Part shown: positions 1 through 9,431 of the stretch, piece by piece
Layout of the letters: every line of letters begins with the position of its first letter
Numbering within the stretch: position 1 is the stretch's first letter
Source of the DNA: a virus
Taxonomy: Duplodnaviria; Heunggongvirae; Uroviricota; Caudoviricetes
Strand: one strand, 5' to 3'
IMG/VR virus record: IMGVR_UViG_2799112923_000001
DNA: 64,000 nt
The notes under the pieces: model-generated
Seen by the model: the letters and a program-made list of their open reading frames with translations, nothing else
Databases searched by the model: none
Told to the model about the DNA's origin: nothing
Made by a program: the position numbers and the translations under genes

Positions 1-2
1 AC

Positions 3-374
3 AAGTGTAACTGGAAGAAAATGGAAGAAATCGGTAAATCTTTTTGGGCCGATATGAATCCTATCCAACATGGATTAGACCTTATTAATCAAGTGGCTAA
101 ACTCGGTTATGATGTTGGTATCTTTTCTGCAGTTCATCTTGATTGTGGTAAGCAGGGTAAGAGAGAATGGTTGGCAAAGTATCTCCCCAATATCCCCAAG
201 AAGAACATTATCATTGTAAGAAATGGTAATATGAAACATAAGTTTGCCGTTAAGGACTCTATTCTAGTAGATGATAAGCCCGAGAATGTAGCCAATTATA
301 AGATGGTTGGTGAAAAAGCTGTGCTATTTACCAAAGATACGCAACTCAATGATATATTAGATGTTATTGGCTAA
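3..374 (+). CDS. HAD-family 5'(3')-deoxyribonucleotidase-like protein, 5' partial
   Basis: Frame is open from the window edge; FWADM, GKREWL and ILVDD motifs align with the paralog at 32307. Confidence 0.75.
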   Translation, partial: KCNWKKMEEIGKSFWADMNPIQHGLDLINQVAKLGYDVGIFSAVHLDCGKQGKREWLAKYLPNIPKKNIIIVRNGNMKHKFAVKDSILVDDKPENVANYKMVGEKAVLFTKDTQLNDILDVIG

Positions 375-462
375 GTACTTGGCAGTAATTGACGTACACT
401 GCCCAGTCACCCATTAACTAATACATTCTCATTATCTAACCTTATATGCCCAGGAAATATAC

Positions 463-801
463 ATGACTGCTAAAGAAACGTATCAATATCTTATACAGAA
501 ATACGATTTAAAAGAATTTGATGCATTAGGTATAGCTGTACCTAAATCTAATCAAATTCAATTCTCAGGCTATCTTATTTCCTTTGATAATGATGAAAAT
601 AATATCAAAGTAGCACAAGATATTGATTACGAACAAGCTCATGTTTATTTCTGTTATTCTTATACCTATAAACCCGATGATATGAATATCATTGAAAAAC
701 AAATTGATTATGTTATAGAACGAGTTAATCATAAAGAAAAACTCCTTAAACAACTTAGTAATGATAAACAAATAGAAGAATTAAATAAGGACTTCTCATG
801 A
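463..801 (+). CDS. DF-tail family hypothetical protein
   Basis: KYDLK near N-terminus; ends LNKDFS. Confidence 0.75.
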   Translation: MTAKETYQYLIQKYDLKEFDALGIAVPKSNQIQFSGYLISFDNDENNIKVAQDIDYEQAHVYFCYSYTYKPDDMNIIEKQIDYVIERVNHKEKLLKQLSNDKQIEELNKDFS

Positions 802-1136
802 TAGAAAAGATTAAAGAACTATTACTTAAATATGATGCCGAATATGATGAACATTATGGTTATTATATCTTCCCTACTACCTATGAAACTAATGGAGCCT
901 TACTCTGGTTCTATCAAGAACAAACAGTTCAAATAGCCGAAACCGTATATCAACAAGATTATTGTGTTATTTCCTATGCAGGTGTAACTTCTTATGACCT
1001 ATATCAAGATAATATCCTTGATATTATTAATAAACAATTAAATCTACTTCAAAAACAATTCTATGATTCTCTTAAAGAAATTAAGAATCATCAAATGAAA
1101 ACTAAAATAAAAGCCGCTAATTCCGATTTTAAATAA
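798..1136 (+). CDS. DF-tail family hypothetical protein
   Basis: ATGA overlap with the previous gene; ends ANSDFK. Confidence 0.75.
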   Translation: MIEKIKELLLKYDAEYDEHYGYYIFPTTYETNGALLWFYQEQTVQIAETVYQQDYCVISYAGVTSYDLYQDNILDIINKQLNLLQKQFYDSLKEIKNHQMKTKIKAANSDFK

Positions 1137-1151
1137 CGATTACCTCTCTAT

Positions 1152-1186
1152 GGGACCTGGTCTTTGACTATGGTCCCTCTCTTTTT
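1152..1186 (+). terminator. Rho-independent terminator
   Basis: GGGACC...GGTCCC hairpin followed by a T-rich tract. Confidence 0.6.
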
Positions 1187-1477
1187 ATAGTCCTCTTCAG
1201 TCATGCAGTTTAACACCCAAAAAACTGTATGTCAAGAATTCCAACATATATTATGGCTAGAAACATGTCAAAACTGGGACACCCAAAATAGCCCAAAAAT
1301 GACCCATTTTCGCCCATATTTGGTCGCAGGATTGTTTTAAATTTTTCCTAAAATTTGTATTAAGAGGCATATATGGGTATATGGCTATGGGTGGTAGCAC
1401 CCAAGCTCTATCAACTGTGGGCGGCGGCTCCTTCTCATAGTCAGTAAAAAAATAAGGACTTTTCCCAAAAAACCCAG

Positions 1478-1696
1478 TCTGCAGGGAATGGTCGGTCGGA
1501 ATCTCCACAGTTCTCTATTTTTCCTATATGGTATATCTCAAAAAAAATCTGCGCTTCTAAAAACACATATTTTCTGTGGGAAATGGTCAGTTGGAAATAT
1601 GGGATAAGTATATAAAAGTTTACATATATGGGCTAGAAAAAAATACAGCGCTGCAAAAATTTGGTATTTTTCTGTGGAAATAGTCAGTTATGTAAA
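1478..1696. repeat. Three imperfect ~25-bp direct repeats at ~95-98 bp spacing
   Basis: tctgcagggaatggtcggtcgga (1478), tctgtgggaaatggtcagttgga (1573), tctgtggaaatagtcagttatgt (1671). Confidence 0.6.
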
Positions 1697-1756
1697 CAAA
1701 CATTTACATATAATTTACAGTTCTATATTGACAAAATGGGTAAAAATTACTATATT
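1691..1756 (+). promoter_or_regulatory. Sigma70-type early promoter with upstream palindrome
   Basis: TTGACA (1728)-17 bp-TATATT (1751); TGTAAA-N6-TTTACA at 1691-1708. Confidence 0.8.
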
Positions 1757-1783
1757 AATAGTATAAAAATAAGAGAGGTAACA

Positions 1784-2449
1784 ATGGCTACTAGAACATA
1801 TCACGAAACAGAATACACCAACACGATTGATGAAGTTAAGAAACATTTTAAGAAGGTATGTAAGAAAGAAGGATGGTTGGTATCATTCTTTGTTTGGAGT
1901 AAGGGTGAGATTGATTTCAAAGATACTATGATGGATGTTGATATTGTAACTGATATTAAAGACCAAAATGGTAGATATATTGGAGTTAGTTTCTGTTATC
2001 AGCCGAATGGTAGTAAATCCTATTTTAAATTCCATGACGAAATGAAGAAAGGTTTATGTAATTATGGAAACGAATTTAGTTTTACATTGGGTAAGAAGTT
2101 CAACATGATGGATGAAAATGTTGGAACGATTCTTCGTGAATACATTGAAAAGCGAGTTGGTCAGGTTGAATTGAAGATTAAGCAGCGGAAGATTGACAAT
2201 GAATTGAATAAGATTGATAATGGAGATTTCATTGGTAAACTGGAAGAATTTGGTGAAGTTTGGATTGATGATAAGAAGATTAACAATTACAGTGTTGCGA
2301 ATTGCGATATTGAAAAGGTGAAAGATATTTGGAAGGTTCGCATTTGTGGTTTGGGTTATGCGTATTACAAATGTAAAGATTTGGATGAAGTTTATGGTTT
2401 GATTAAATGGTATAAGAGTATGCCGGTTAAGATGTGTGGTAAGTTCTAA
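1784..2449 (+). CDS. Early hypothetical protein (internal DF-tail-like segment plus extra C-terminal domain)
   Basis: SD GAGGT before ATG 1784; internal LNKIDNGDF; in-frame CGG at 2186. Confidence 0.75.
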   Translation: MATRTYHETEYTNTIDEVKKHFKKVCKKEGWLVSFFVWSKGEIDFKDTMMDVDIVTDIKDQNGRYIGVSFCYQPNGSKSYFKFHDEMKKGLCNYGNEFSFTLGKKFNMMDENVGTILREYIEKRVGQVELKIKQRKIDNELNKIDNGDFIGKLEEFGEVWIDDKKINNYSVANCDIEKVKDIWKVRICGLGYAYYKCKDLDEVYGLIKWYKSMPVKMCGKF

Positions 2450-2907
2450 TGGGAAAAGTTTATAAGAAACAATTTAAACGATTTATGTTGGCACTAAACA
2501 AGGTGTTAGCAGGAGAGAACGCATATCACCGGGTTAGTAAAGATTGTAATGAATATGAAAGTTATACGTTCCGGTATTATTGGGAAGAAAACCACGAATG
2601 GGATGGTGGGCATTTTAACCAGGTTGAATATAAATGTTGGTATGATGCGGATAGGGGAACATTAAATATTCAGTATGAATTTTGGTGGAAGGTCAAATGG
2701 AAAGAATTTATATTTTACAGAGAAATTCCAGTAAATTATATTCTGTTTGACGAAAAGAAGTTTTTGAATATGATATTTCCGTTTACTAACAGAACTGATT
2801 ATCCTAATCAAATGGAAACTGAATTTGATTTCCAGTTGGATTCTTGGATTAAGAAGCAGGTAATGGAACAGGAAATGATGAATTCTATTGATAAGGATTT
2901 TAACTAA
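2449..2907 (+). CDS. DF-tail family hypothetical protein
   Basis: TAATG overlap; ends IDKDFN; in-frame CGG at 2530 and 2572. Confidence 0.75.
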   Translation: MGKVYKKQFKRFMLALNKVLAGENAYHRVSKDCNEYESYTFRYYWEENHEWDGGHFNQVEYKCWYDADRGTLNIQYEFWWKVKWKEFIFYREIPVNYILFDEKKFLNMIFPFTNRTDYPNQMETEFDFQLDSWIKKQVMEQEMMNSIDKDFN

Positions 2908-3068
2908 TGATTAGAACTGTGTTTATTGTGCCACAAGAAGGTGAAACAGTAGAACAAGCATTTGACAGACAGTACCCATATAACAAAGAAAAGAATAATT
3001 TTGGTGATATGTTTGGTGCGGTTTATGTTGTAGAATGTAGATGGATTAAATCAAATGAAACACGATGA
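2907..3068 (+). CDS. Small hypothetical protein (53 aa, not in the ORF track)
   Basis: TAATG coupling, AAGGA upstream; MIRTVFIVPQEGETVEQAFDRQYP...; fills the gap between neighbours. Confidence 0.6.
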   Translation: MIRTVFIVPQEGETVEQAFDRQYPYNKEKNNFGDMFGAVYVVECRWIKSNETR

Positions 3069-3903
3069 ATTAGTACATTTGTTAGAAACCAAATATGGTT
3101 TGAAAACTCACCTTCTCACAAGGGAAGATGGTAGTTGCGAATTTAATTTTGAAAGAAAATATATTGCTAAGGCTCATTGTAGTTTTGCTAGATTTTATAG
3201 AAAAATAGACAACAGCCCAGTATGGGAATTTCATTGTGAAGTATGTAGAAATACTAATCCAGATGCGATTGAAGCCAGTGTTACTATTGGTTATTTAAAA
3301 TGGAGTTGGGATGAAATAGATGGCGAGATTGATATTACAGAAGAAGATATAGATTTACGCTGGGAACTGTTGAATAAAAGTTATGACGAATTTTTAGATA
3401 GAATTTCTAAATTGACCCATATCGGTCAATTTGAAGTGACCCATAAAGAAAAACAGAAAATTTATTCAGCAATTAAGTTGTATGATTATATGGTAGAAAA
3501 TCCTGACAATGTAATCGCAAAGAAATATATCAAAGATTTATTGGTTAATCACCCAATGGAAGATGCGGTTTATATTTACACTTATGTTATTGAACCATTG
3601 AGAACAAAATTTTGTTCAACCACATTTATGAGAACCATTATTCTTGCCGGCGATGTAGAAGATATTCATGCTGAAGGTATGAAAATGAAGAAACTATTTA
3701 CAAACATTATACAATGGTCGGTAGATTATGCAGGTTATGTTATGATAAATGGTGAAAAATTTGAATGTGATTATCAGCCGAAAGAAGTTAAAGAGTACAT
3801 TCTTAAACATTCAAATGAATTTGAAGAACCAGATTACAATAAGATAATGAAAGAATATCAACAGAAACTAATGTTAAACCAAATAGAAAAGGAGTTTGAA
3901 TAA
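3055..3903 (+). CDS. DF-tail family hypothetical protein (two-domain)
   Basis: TKYGLK near N-terminus; ends IEKEFE. Confidence 0.75.
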   Translation: MKHDELVHLLETKYGLKTHLLTREDGSCEFNFERKYIAKAHCSFARFYRKIDNSPVWEFHCEVCRNTNPDAIEASVTIGYLKWSWDEIDGEIDITEEDIDLRWELLNKSYDEFLDRISKLTHIGQFEVTHKEKQKIYSAIKLYDYMVENPDNVIAKKYIKDLLVNHPMEDAVYIYTYVIEPLRTKFCSTTFMRTIILAGDVEDIHAEGMKMKKLFTNIIQWSVDYAGYVMINGEKFECDYQPKEVKEYILKHSNEFEEPDYNKIMKEYQQKLMLNQIEKEFE

Positions 3904-4259
3904 TGGAATACATCAAATGCGAAAAAATGTTTAGACGCAGTCATACCGGTGTACGAACATACTGGAGTTTGGTATGTGAAGCTCTCTATCGTTTCGGAGA
4001 TATGACGAAAAACGAAGTAATTGAAAAGATTGGTTATTGTAGCAGTCAGTCTCAGGTGTGGTCAAGTTTGAAACATTATAGTTTGGTTGAACGAGTTCCG
4101 GGAACGTGGAAACTCCGTTTGACTGTTTATGGTAAAAGACATTTTAAGAATTTGGCTGAATCCGAAGGGATTGATATTGAACACAAACTAGAAGGTGAAG
4201 CCTGGCGAAAGCTCTGTATGAACCAAATGGAAATACATGAAATGAAGAAGGATTTTTAG
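3903..4259 (+). CDS. DF-tail protein with winged-helix-like core
   Basis: GDMTKNEVIEKIG...LKHYSLVERVPGTWKLRLTVYG resembles a wHTH; ends MKKDF. Confidence 0.6.
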   Translation: MEYIKCEKMFRRSHTGVRTYWSLVCEALYRFGDMTKNEVIEKIGYCSSQSQVWSSLKHYSLVERVPGTWKLRLTVYGKRHFKNLAESEGIDIEHKLEGEAWRKLCMNQMEIHEMKKDF

Positions 4260-4582
4260 TGAAATTTCGTGATACAAATGATGTTGTGGATTTTTTGAAA
4301 AAGACTTATCCACAACTAACAACAGATGGTGCAAATTTTTTCTATAATAATATCCTGGTATGTAATAAAGGGATTTATAAAGTTACATTTTATACACCGA
4401 TAATTGGACCTGCCTATCGTGGGATTACATATACGATGGGTAAGGAAGTTTCAATGCCTGTTAGTGAAGAATTTATACGAAAGAAGATAAACAAATTCAT
4501 GAGCAGTTATGTGTATTGTGAAAGAATGTTAAAACTCCAATTACAGAATAAACTCTTAAAAGAATTAAAGGAAGATTTCTAA
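4259..4582 (+). CDS. DF-tail family hypothetical protein
   Basis: GTG start overlapping the previous stop; ends LKEDF. Confidence 0.7.
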   Translation: MKFRDTNDVVDFLKKTYPQLTTDGANFFYNNILVCNKGIYKVTFYTPIIGPAYRGITYTMGKEVSMPVSEEFIRKKINKFMSSYVYCERMLKLQLQNKLLKELKEDF

Positions 4583-4914
4583 TGAAGCCTCTTGTAAAAG
4601 ATAATGATATAACAGAAGTCTTGAAATATGTTTGCAGTCTTACTGGATTGTATTATCAGGAAGAAACAAACGATTATTATGAACGTGCATATTACGATTA
4701 CACACCACCGACTACACGAATTGCTATTGTGAATGATGGTACACCCCAGTTAAAAGTCAACTTTAAATTGGGTAATGAAGATTTGGTTTACAAATATGAC
4801 TGTTCGGATTGGTCTGTTAATGAACTTGTTGCTCAGATTGGTGCATATCAAAAACAAGTTAAAGCCTATTATGAAGATATTGAATTGAATAAAATAAAAG
4901 AAGATTTCAAATGA
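4582..4914 (+). CDS. DF-tail family hypothetical protein
   Basis: Ends IKEDFK. Confidence 0.75.
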   Translation: MKPLVKDNDITEVLKYVCSLTGLYYQEETNDYYERAYYDYTPPTTRIAIVNDGTPQLKVNFKLGNEDLVYKYDCSDWSVNELVAQIGAYQKQVKAYYEDIELNKIKEDFK

Positions 4915-5234
4915 CTTTTGCTGAAATGAACAAATTAGCACATGAACTCGGTTGTAGGGTTATGACCCACATGGATGATAAAGGGAATTTCTTATTCAGG
5001 ATTTGTTATGACAGTATCTGTTGTGTATCAGACCACAATTTTTTGATTTATAAATTTGTTGGTAAAACAATAACATATACTTCTAACATTCTTGTAAAAG
5101 AAAAGGAACCTTATTCTTTGGATTATACAATTACAGAACACGATTTTAGATTGGCTGTTACTTCGTTAATCATAGCAACAAAAGAATATCAAGAATATGT
5201 TAAACTGAAACAGGCTAACGAGGATTTTGAATGA
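4911..5234 (+). CDS. DF-tail family hypothetical protein
   Basis: Ends ANEDFE. Confidence 0.75.
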   Translation: MTFAEMNKLAHELGCRVMTHMDDKGNFLFRICYDSICCVSDHNFLIYKFVGKTITYTSNILVKEKEPYSLDYTITEHDFRLAVTSLIIATKEYQEYVKLKQANEDFE

Positions 5235-5581
5235 TTAAAATGGATGGAAGTGATTTTATCACAGTAGGCGAACAATATGGATTAAAACCATATTGGGAAG
5301 ATGATTGTTGGTATTTGTTATTAGAAGATGGAAAACATTATATCGCATATTGTGTTGAAGATGATGATAAGAAAATAAAAACTTTCGTTTGTGCGAAAGA
5401 TTTTAAGTACATTAAAGATATAGATACAGTTATCGCCAACAACATTGAAATTATTAAAGACGATGACGAATTTTTAGCCAGTTTAAAGAAAGCATTAGCC
5501 TTATATAAAAAGGCTATATTACAGCATAAGATAGATTTAAACAATAAAGAACTGGAAAAGATTAAGAAGGATTTCCAATGA
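5231..5581 (+). CDS. DF-tail family hypothetical protein
   Basis: GEQYGLK; ends IKKDFQ. Confidence 0.75.
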   Translation: MIKMDGSDFITVGEQYGLKPYWEDDCWYLLLEDGKHYIAYCVEDDDKKIKTFVCAKDFKYIKDIDTVIANNIEIIKDDDEFLASLKKALALYKKAILQHKIDLNNKELEKIKKDFQ

Positions 5582-5898
5582 AAACAGAGGACATTATAAA
5601 AATTGCGAAAATGCACGGTTGTGATATTGAGGGTTATGGCTATCAAAACGCATTTTACAAAATGACTTTCAATAATCGTATTCTTGCTTCAGTTTCAGTT
5701 TCAAGTCATGTTTATTTTTATGATTGGAGATATTACGATAATGATTTGATAAATAGTGCTTCAATTAGACTGATTAAATCTGGTGAAATTGAGATTACAG
5801 AAGCAGAACTGAACAAATGGTTTAATTATAATATTAAAGTATTAAAAGCCGAAAGGTCATTTAACCAGATAAAAGAAATACAAAAAGATTTCACATAG
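5578..5898 (+). CDS. DF-tail family hypothetical protein
   Basis: Ends IQKDFT. Confidence 0.75.
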   Translation: MKTEDIIKIAKMHGCDIEGYGYQNAFYKMTFNNRILASVSVSSHVYFYDWRYYDNDLINSASIRLIKSGEIEITEAELNKWFNYNIKVLKAERSFNQIKEIQKDFT

Positions 5899-5900
5899 AA

Positions 5901-5929
5901 TTGCGAACCAACCTTAAAAAATCTATATT
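5901..5929 (+). promoter_or_regulatory. Sigma70-type promoter, probably leaderless transcript
   Basis: TTGCGA-17 bp-TATATT; ATG follows 6 nt later with no SD. Confidence 0.55.
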
Positions 5930-5935
5930 AGATTT

Positions 5936-6274
5936 ATGAATTTGACCCATATTAAAGATATATGTAAGAAACACGATTTAATTGAAGATCAGTTTACAAA
6001 TTCAATTTTATTGTATATGAAGAAAGAGTACTGCCAAGATTGCCCTGGGCAGATACCAGATTCTAATTGTGAAATTTTTGATATACGAAAGAAAAATGAT
6101 GAATGGGAAGTTTGGAGTTTTTTAGATAAAATATCAAATGAAGGAACTAGAATTTATACTATGTGTTTTGGAGCAGAAATTGATATGGATGAAATTTGTG
6201 TAAAGATTGACAAACGAATTAAAGAACTTCGTGAGATAAACAATTTAAACAAAATAGAAAATGACTTTAAATGA
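5936..6274 (+). CDS. DF-tail family hypothetical protein
   Basis: Ends IENDFK. Confidence 0.75.
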   Translation: MNLTHIKDICKKHDLIEDQFTNSILLYMKKEYCQDCPGQIPDSNCEIFDIRKKNDEWEVWSFLDKISNEGTRIYTMCFGAEIDMDEICVKIDKRIKELREINNLNKIENDFK

Positions 6275-6602
6275 GAAAGAATTTATAGCATTGGGTGAAA
6301 AATATGGATTAAAAATCCATTCCAAAGCTCATTTAAATAAAAGTCTTTATTATTGGTATGATTTCCCAGGTGAATGTAATGGTGAATTCTTTTTTATTGA
6401 ATATGAAGTTCAAAATGGTATGGTAATGTATGCCGAATCTTTCAGTTGGAATCCATACGCAAAGAGAATAATTGGGTCTAAACTAAAAGAAAACCCAATG
6501 ACAGTAGAAGAACTTGAAAAAGTTATAGTTAAATCTATTAAACTATACAAAGAAAAAGTAGCCAAATATGAACTGAGAAAGGTTAAAAAAGATTTTGCTT
6601 AA
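6261..6602 (+). CDS. DF-tail family hypothetical protein
   Basis: GEKYGLK; ends VKKDFA. Confidence 0.75.
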   Translation: MTLNEKEFIALGEKYGLKIHSKAHLNKSLYYWYDFPGECNGEFFFIEYEVQNGMVMYAESFSWNPYAKRIIGSKLKENPMTVEELEKVIVKSIKLYKEKVAKYELRKVKKDFA

Positions 6603-7017
6603 ATTAGAACAAATACATCATATATTGGTGGATGAATATGGCCTGATGTATCAAAAGAGCGAATACTCAGACCAGCATTTGTATTATATTGATTCACGAA
6701 TTTTTGCGGAAAATCAAAAAGAACAGTTAGAAACTGAACGAGGTAATTTTCTAGTGTTCCAAGGATTTAATTCTAAAACTCCAAAGAAAGATTCATTTAT
6801 CCTAATCTTTAATGTGTTAGCCGAAGAACTTGGAAAATACTATTTGGATTGTTGGGGTGGAACATTTGATAATTGTGAAACGAATAGTGAAGGTCAAAAC
6901 TGGATTGATGTTTTGACTGAAAACGAATTACGAAAAATGGTTGCTAATACTATACACTCAGTTAAAATGGTAGAAAACGAAAATGAACTTAAAAAAATTG
7001 AATCTGACTTTGGATAA
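6595..7017 (+). CDS. DF-tail family hypothetical protein
   Basis: TTG start; DEYGLM; ends IESDFG. Confidence 0.7.
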   Translation: MLKLEQIHHILVDEYGLMYQKSEYSDQHLYYIDSRIFAENQKEQLETERGNFLVFQGFNSKTPKKDSFILIFNVLAEELGKYYLDCWGGTFDNCETNSEGQNWIDVLTENELRKMVANTIHSVKMVENENELKKIESDFG

Positions 7018-7384
7018 TTTAGATGATTACAATGAAGAGGCTCGTTTAAGAATAGTTCGTGCGATTGCTGCTAAATATGGTTTTCAAGAACGAGTAATAG
7101 AAGTAGATAGTGATAATCTATTTAATGTTGGAGATACTTGGTGTTTCTATATGAGTGGTGTTGATTGTGAACATTATCACTGGATTATGAGATATGATAT
7201 TAAGCAGACCAATGTTGAAATTGTATCTTCATTGAAAATTTCTAACAACATAATTTTCCCAGATAAAATTTTACAATTATCTTGTTTTGACAATATAGAC
7301 CAAACTATAAGGAATGTTCTAAAATTAAAAAGAAAATTTCAAGAACAGGTGGCTAAAAACAAACTTCAAGAGGATTTCAAATGA
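6983..7384 (+). CDS. DF-tail family hypothetical protein (start may be TTG 7010)
   Basis: AKYGFQ; ends LQEDFK. Confidence 0.7.
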   Translation: MNLKKLNLTLDNLDDYNEEARLRIVRAIAAKYGFQERVIEVDSDNLFNVGDTWCFYMSGVDCEHYHWIMRYDIKQTNVEIVSSLKISNNIIFPDKILQLSCFDNIDQTIRNVLKLKRKFQEQVAKNKLQEDFK

Positions 7385-7947
7385 ACGAAAATTGTTTAAA
7401 AATAAACTATGACTATGCCAAGAAAATAGATGCCATATTAAAGAAATATGGTATTGAATACAGTTATACCGATTTCATTAAAAAAATAGAAAAGAAATAC
7501 AATGATATGAATGAACTTAAAGACTATGATGAAGACCTATATATTACTTGGGATGACTGTAAGAAATGGAAAGAAAAATACAAATCATTGAAGTGCTTTA
7601 GAACTGAAAAATCAGATTATGAAAGAGCCATTATTGGAATGGAAGGGATTTTCATTCGTGACATTTATGTACCAAAAGACCCAGCATTTAATGTATATAA
7701 TAAAGAGATTGAATGGAGTATTGAATATCCTGATACATTGGAAGAAATTGACCAGTATCTAAATACCATTCAAGAAAATTTAGATGCCATTTTAAAGTTT
7801 CGTAATAATAAAGATTTCCAATCTTTAAAAAAGCAGATGGAAAAAGAAGAAAAAGATTTCAAACATATTATGGATGAACATAATAATAAACTTGAAAAAA
7901 TCCGAAAACAAATGGAAAAAGTATTTGAAGCTCAAAATGATTTCTAA
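7381..7947 (+). CDS. DF-tail family hypothetical protein
   Basis: KKYGIE; ends AQNDF. Confidence 0.75.
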   Translation: MNENCLKINYDYAKKIDAILKKYGIEYSYTDFIKKIEKKYNDMNELKDYDEDLYITWDDCKKWKEKYKSLKCFRTEKSDYERAIIGMEGIFIRDIYVPKDPAFNVYNKEIEWSIEYPDTLEEIDQYLNTIQENLDAILKFRNNKDFQSLKKQMEKEEKDFKHIMDEHNNKLEKIRKQMEKVFEAQNDF

Positions 7948-7977
7948 TAAATATAATCCTATTATGGAGAATGTGAT

Positions 7978-8592
7978 ATGAAATACGAAAAGTTAAATAG
8001 AATCCCAGCAAAAAGAACAATTTGGCCCGAAAATACTGTAGTAGATTTTGAAGCATACGAAACAAAATCTGCTGACGCAGCCTTTGACGAATTGGTTAAA
8101 TGGTATACCGATGCTAAAAATTTATCCGAAAAGTTAGCAAAAGAACTTTCCGATACCAAAGAGATTTTGGCAAAGACCATTCAAGAAAATTCAAAAGCAG
8201 TTTCGGATGCTACAACTGAAGCAGTACAGAATAAGGCAGAAGCAGATAAGTTGTCCTGGAAAAATCAAGAATTGGAAAATCAGTTGAATGAAACCAAGAA
8301 AACATTGAATGAAACCAATGCTCGTTTGGTTGCTACTCAAACTGACTTTAATGCTATGGTAAACCGAATTAACAATAGCACAGACCAAAACAACAATTTG
8401 CAGGAACAGATAAAAGATTTATTGGATGAAAATACCAAGCTCAAGAATGATTTGGTAGCCCAGCAAAATACTAACAAGGCATTAGACGAAAACTATAATA
8501 AGGCATTGAACCAACTCGCAGAAGTAGAGAAAACTATGGGGAGCATTACTGAGTTAATTTCATTCTATAAAGAATGGAAGAAAAACTCATAA
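7978..8592 (+). CDS. Coiled-coil hypothetical protein
   Basis: GGAG SD; long heptad-like Leu/Asn/Gln/Glu pattern. Confidence 0.7.
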   Translation: MKYEKLNRIPAKRTIWPENTVVDFEAYETKSADAAFDELVKWYTDAKNLSEKLAKELSDTKEILAKTIQENSKAVSDATTEAVQNKAEADKLSWKNQELENQLNETKKTLNETNARLVATQTDFNAMVNRINNSTDQNNNLQEQIKDLLDENTKLKNDLVAQQNTNKALDENYNKALNQLAEVEKTMGSITELISFYKEWKKNS

Positions 8593-8601
8593 TGAATACT
8601 A

Positions 8602-9024
8602 ATGAGAAAAGACGTACAAAATTTCATTGACAGAGTTTTTACAAGAAATTTCCGTTTTTTGGATGTTAATCTAAAATGTGCTGATTTGGAAAACATAACT
8701 CTAATTTATGTTCACAAAGAACTTTGTTTTAATGGCGAGAGTAAAAGAAGAGGATTTTATTTTCTTCCAAACTATAATTCTAAATCTAAAGCTGGTGAAT
8801 ACTTAGTTAGTATTTGGAGACGCAAGAAAAAACAAATTAAGAGAATGTATGTTAAGATACTGAAAAAGCACAAATGTAGAGATATAAGATTTTGTAAACT
8901 CAATCCCAAGCATTGTGAAAACTCATTAGCAGCTATGAAAGAAGTGGATTATATGCTAGGGAAAATGTACAAACAACATTTAGCAGAAACTAACTTAACT
9001 AAAGTCAATGAAGATTTTGTATGA
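8602..9024 (+). CDS. DF-tail family basic protein
   Basis: Ends VNEDFV; similar to the next gene. Confidence 0.7.
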   Translation: MRKDVQNFIDRVFTRNFRFLDVNLKCADLENITLIYVHKELCFNGESKRRGFYFLPNYNSKSKAGEYLVSIWRRKKKQIKRMYVKILKKHKCRDIRFCKLNPKHCENSLAAMKEVDYMLGKMYKQHLAETNLTKVNEDFV

Positions 9025-9398
9025 GAAAAGAAATTAAAGACTATTTAAATCAAAAACTGGATAAAGACAATAAAATCTATTTTAGAAATCTATTTCTAAA
9101 GTATCATAATGTAGATGGTAGATATAATAAAGGATTTACCATCTTTCTTGATGGCAGAACAGAATCAGCTAGGTCTCTTTATCGTGATAAAAATAACCAT
9201 AAAATCATTGACAGAATGATTAAGAAAGCCGAAAAGAAACTCAATTTTAAGGGTACAATTTCCTGGAAAAAAGCCCGAATTAGTGATTTTGAGAGTATTT
9301 GGGGTGTAGCTGGCAAAATTGACGATTTAATTGACATTAGATACAAACGAATAAAAGAGCGAGAATTGCTTAATAAAGCGAATGACGATTTTGTATAA
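9021..9398 (+). CDS. DF-tail family basic protein
   Basis: Ends ANDDFV; MRK N-terminus like 8602. Confidence 0.7.
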   Translation: MRKEIKDYLNQKLDKDNKIYFRNLFLKYHNVDGRYNKGFTIFLDGRTESARSLYRDKNNHKIIDRMIKKAEKKLNFKGTISWKKARISDFESIWGVAGKIDDLIDIRYKRIKERELLNKANDDFV

Positions 9399-9401
9399 AT
9401 A
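9394..9401 (+). promoter_or_regulatory. T4-type late promoter
   Basis: TATAAATA upstream of the SD AGGAG and gene 9432. Confidence 0.7.
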
Positions 9402-9431
9402 CTATAAACAAATTAGTTTATAGGAGTTTAT

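Noticed and set aside
1478-1696. CRISPR array
   Set aside because: Only three degenerate repeats with ~70-bp spacers, no clear palindrome and no cas genes.
1137-1783. tRNA genes, or the minus-strand ORF 1257-1508
   Set aside because: No T-loop (GTTCRA) or cloverleaf found on either strand; the ORF has no SD or recognisable motif and overlaps the repeats.
463-7947. Integron-like cassette array with attC sites
   Set aside because: Genes overlap directly with no intergenic palindromic sites, and there is no integrase in the window.
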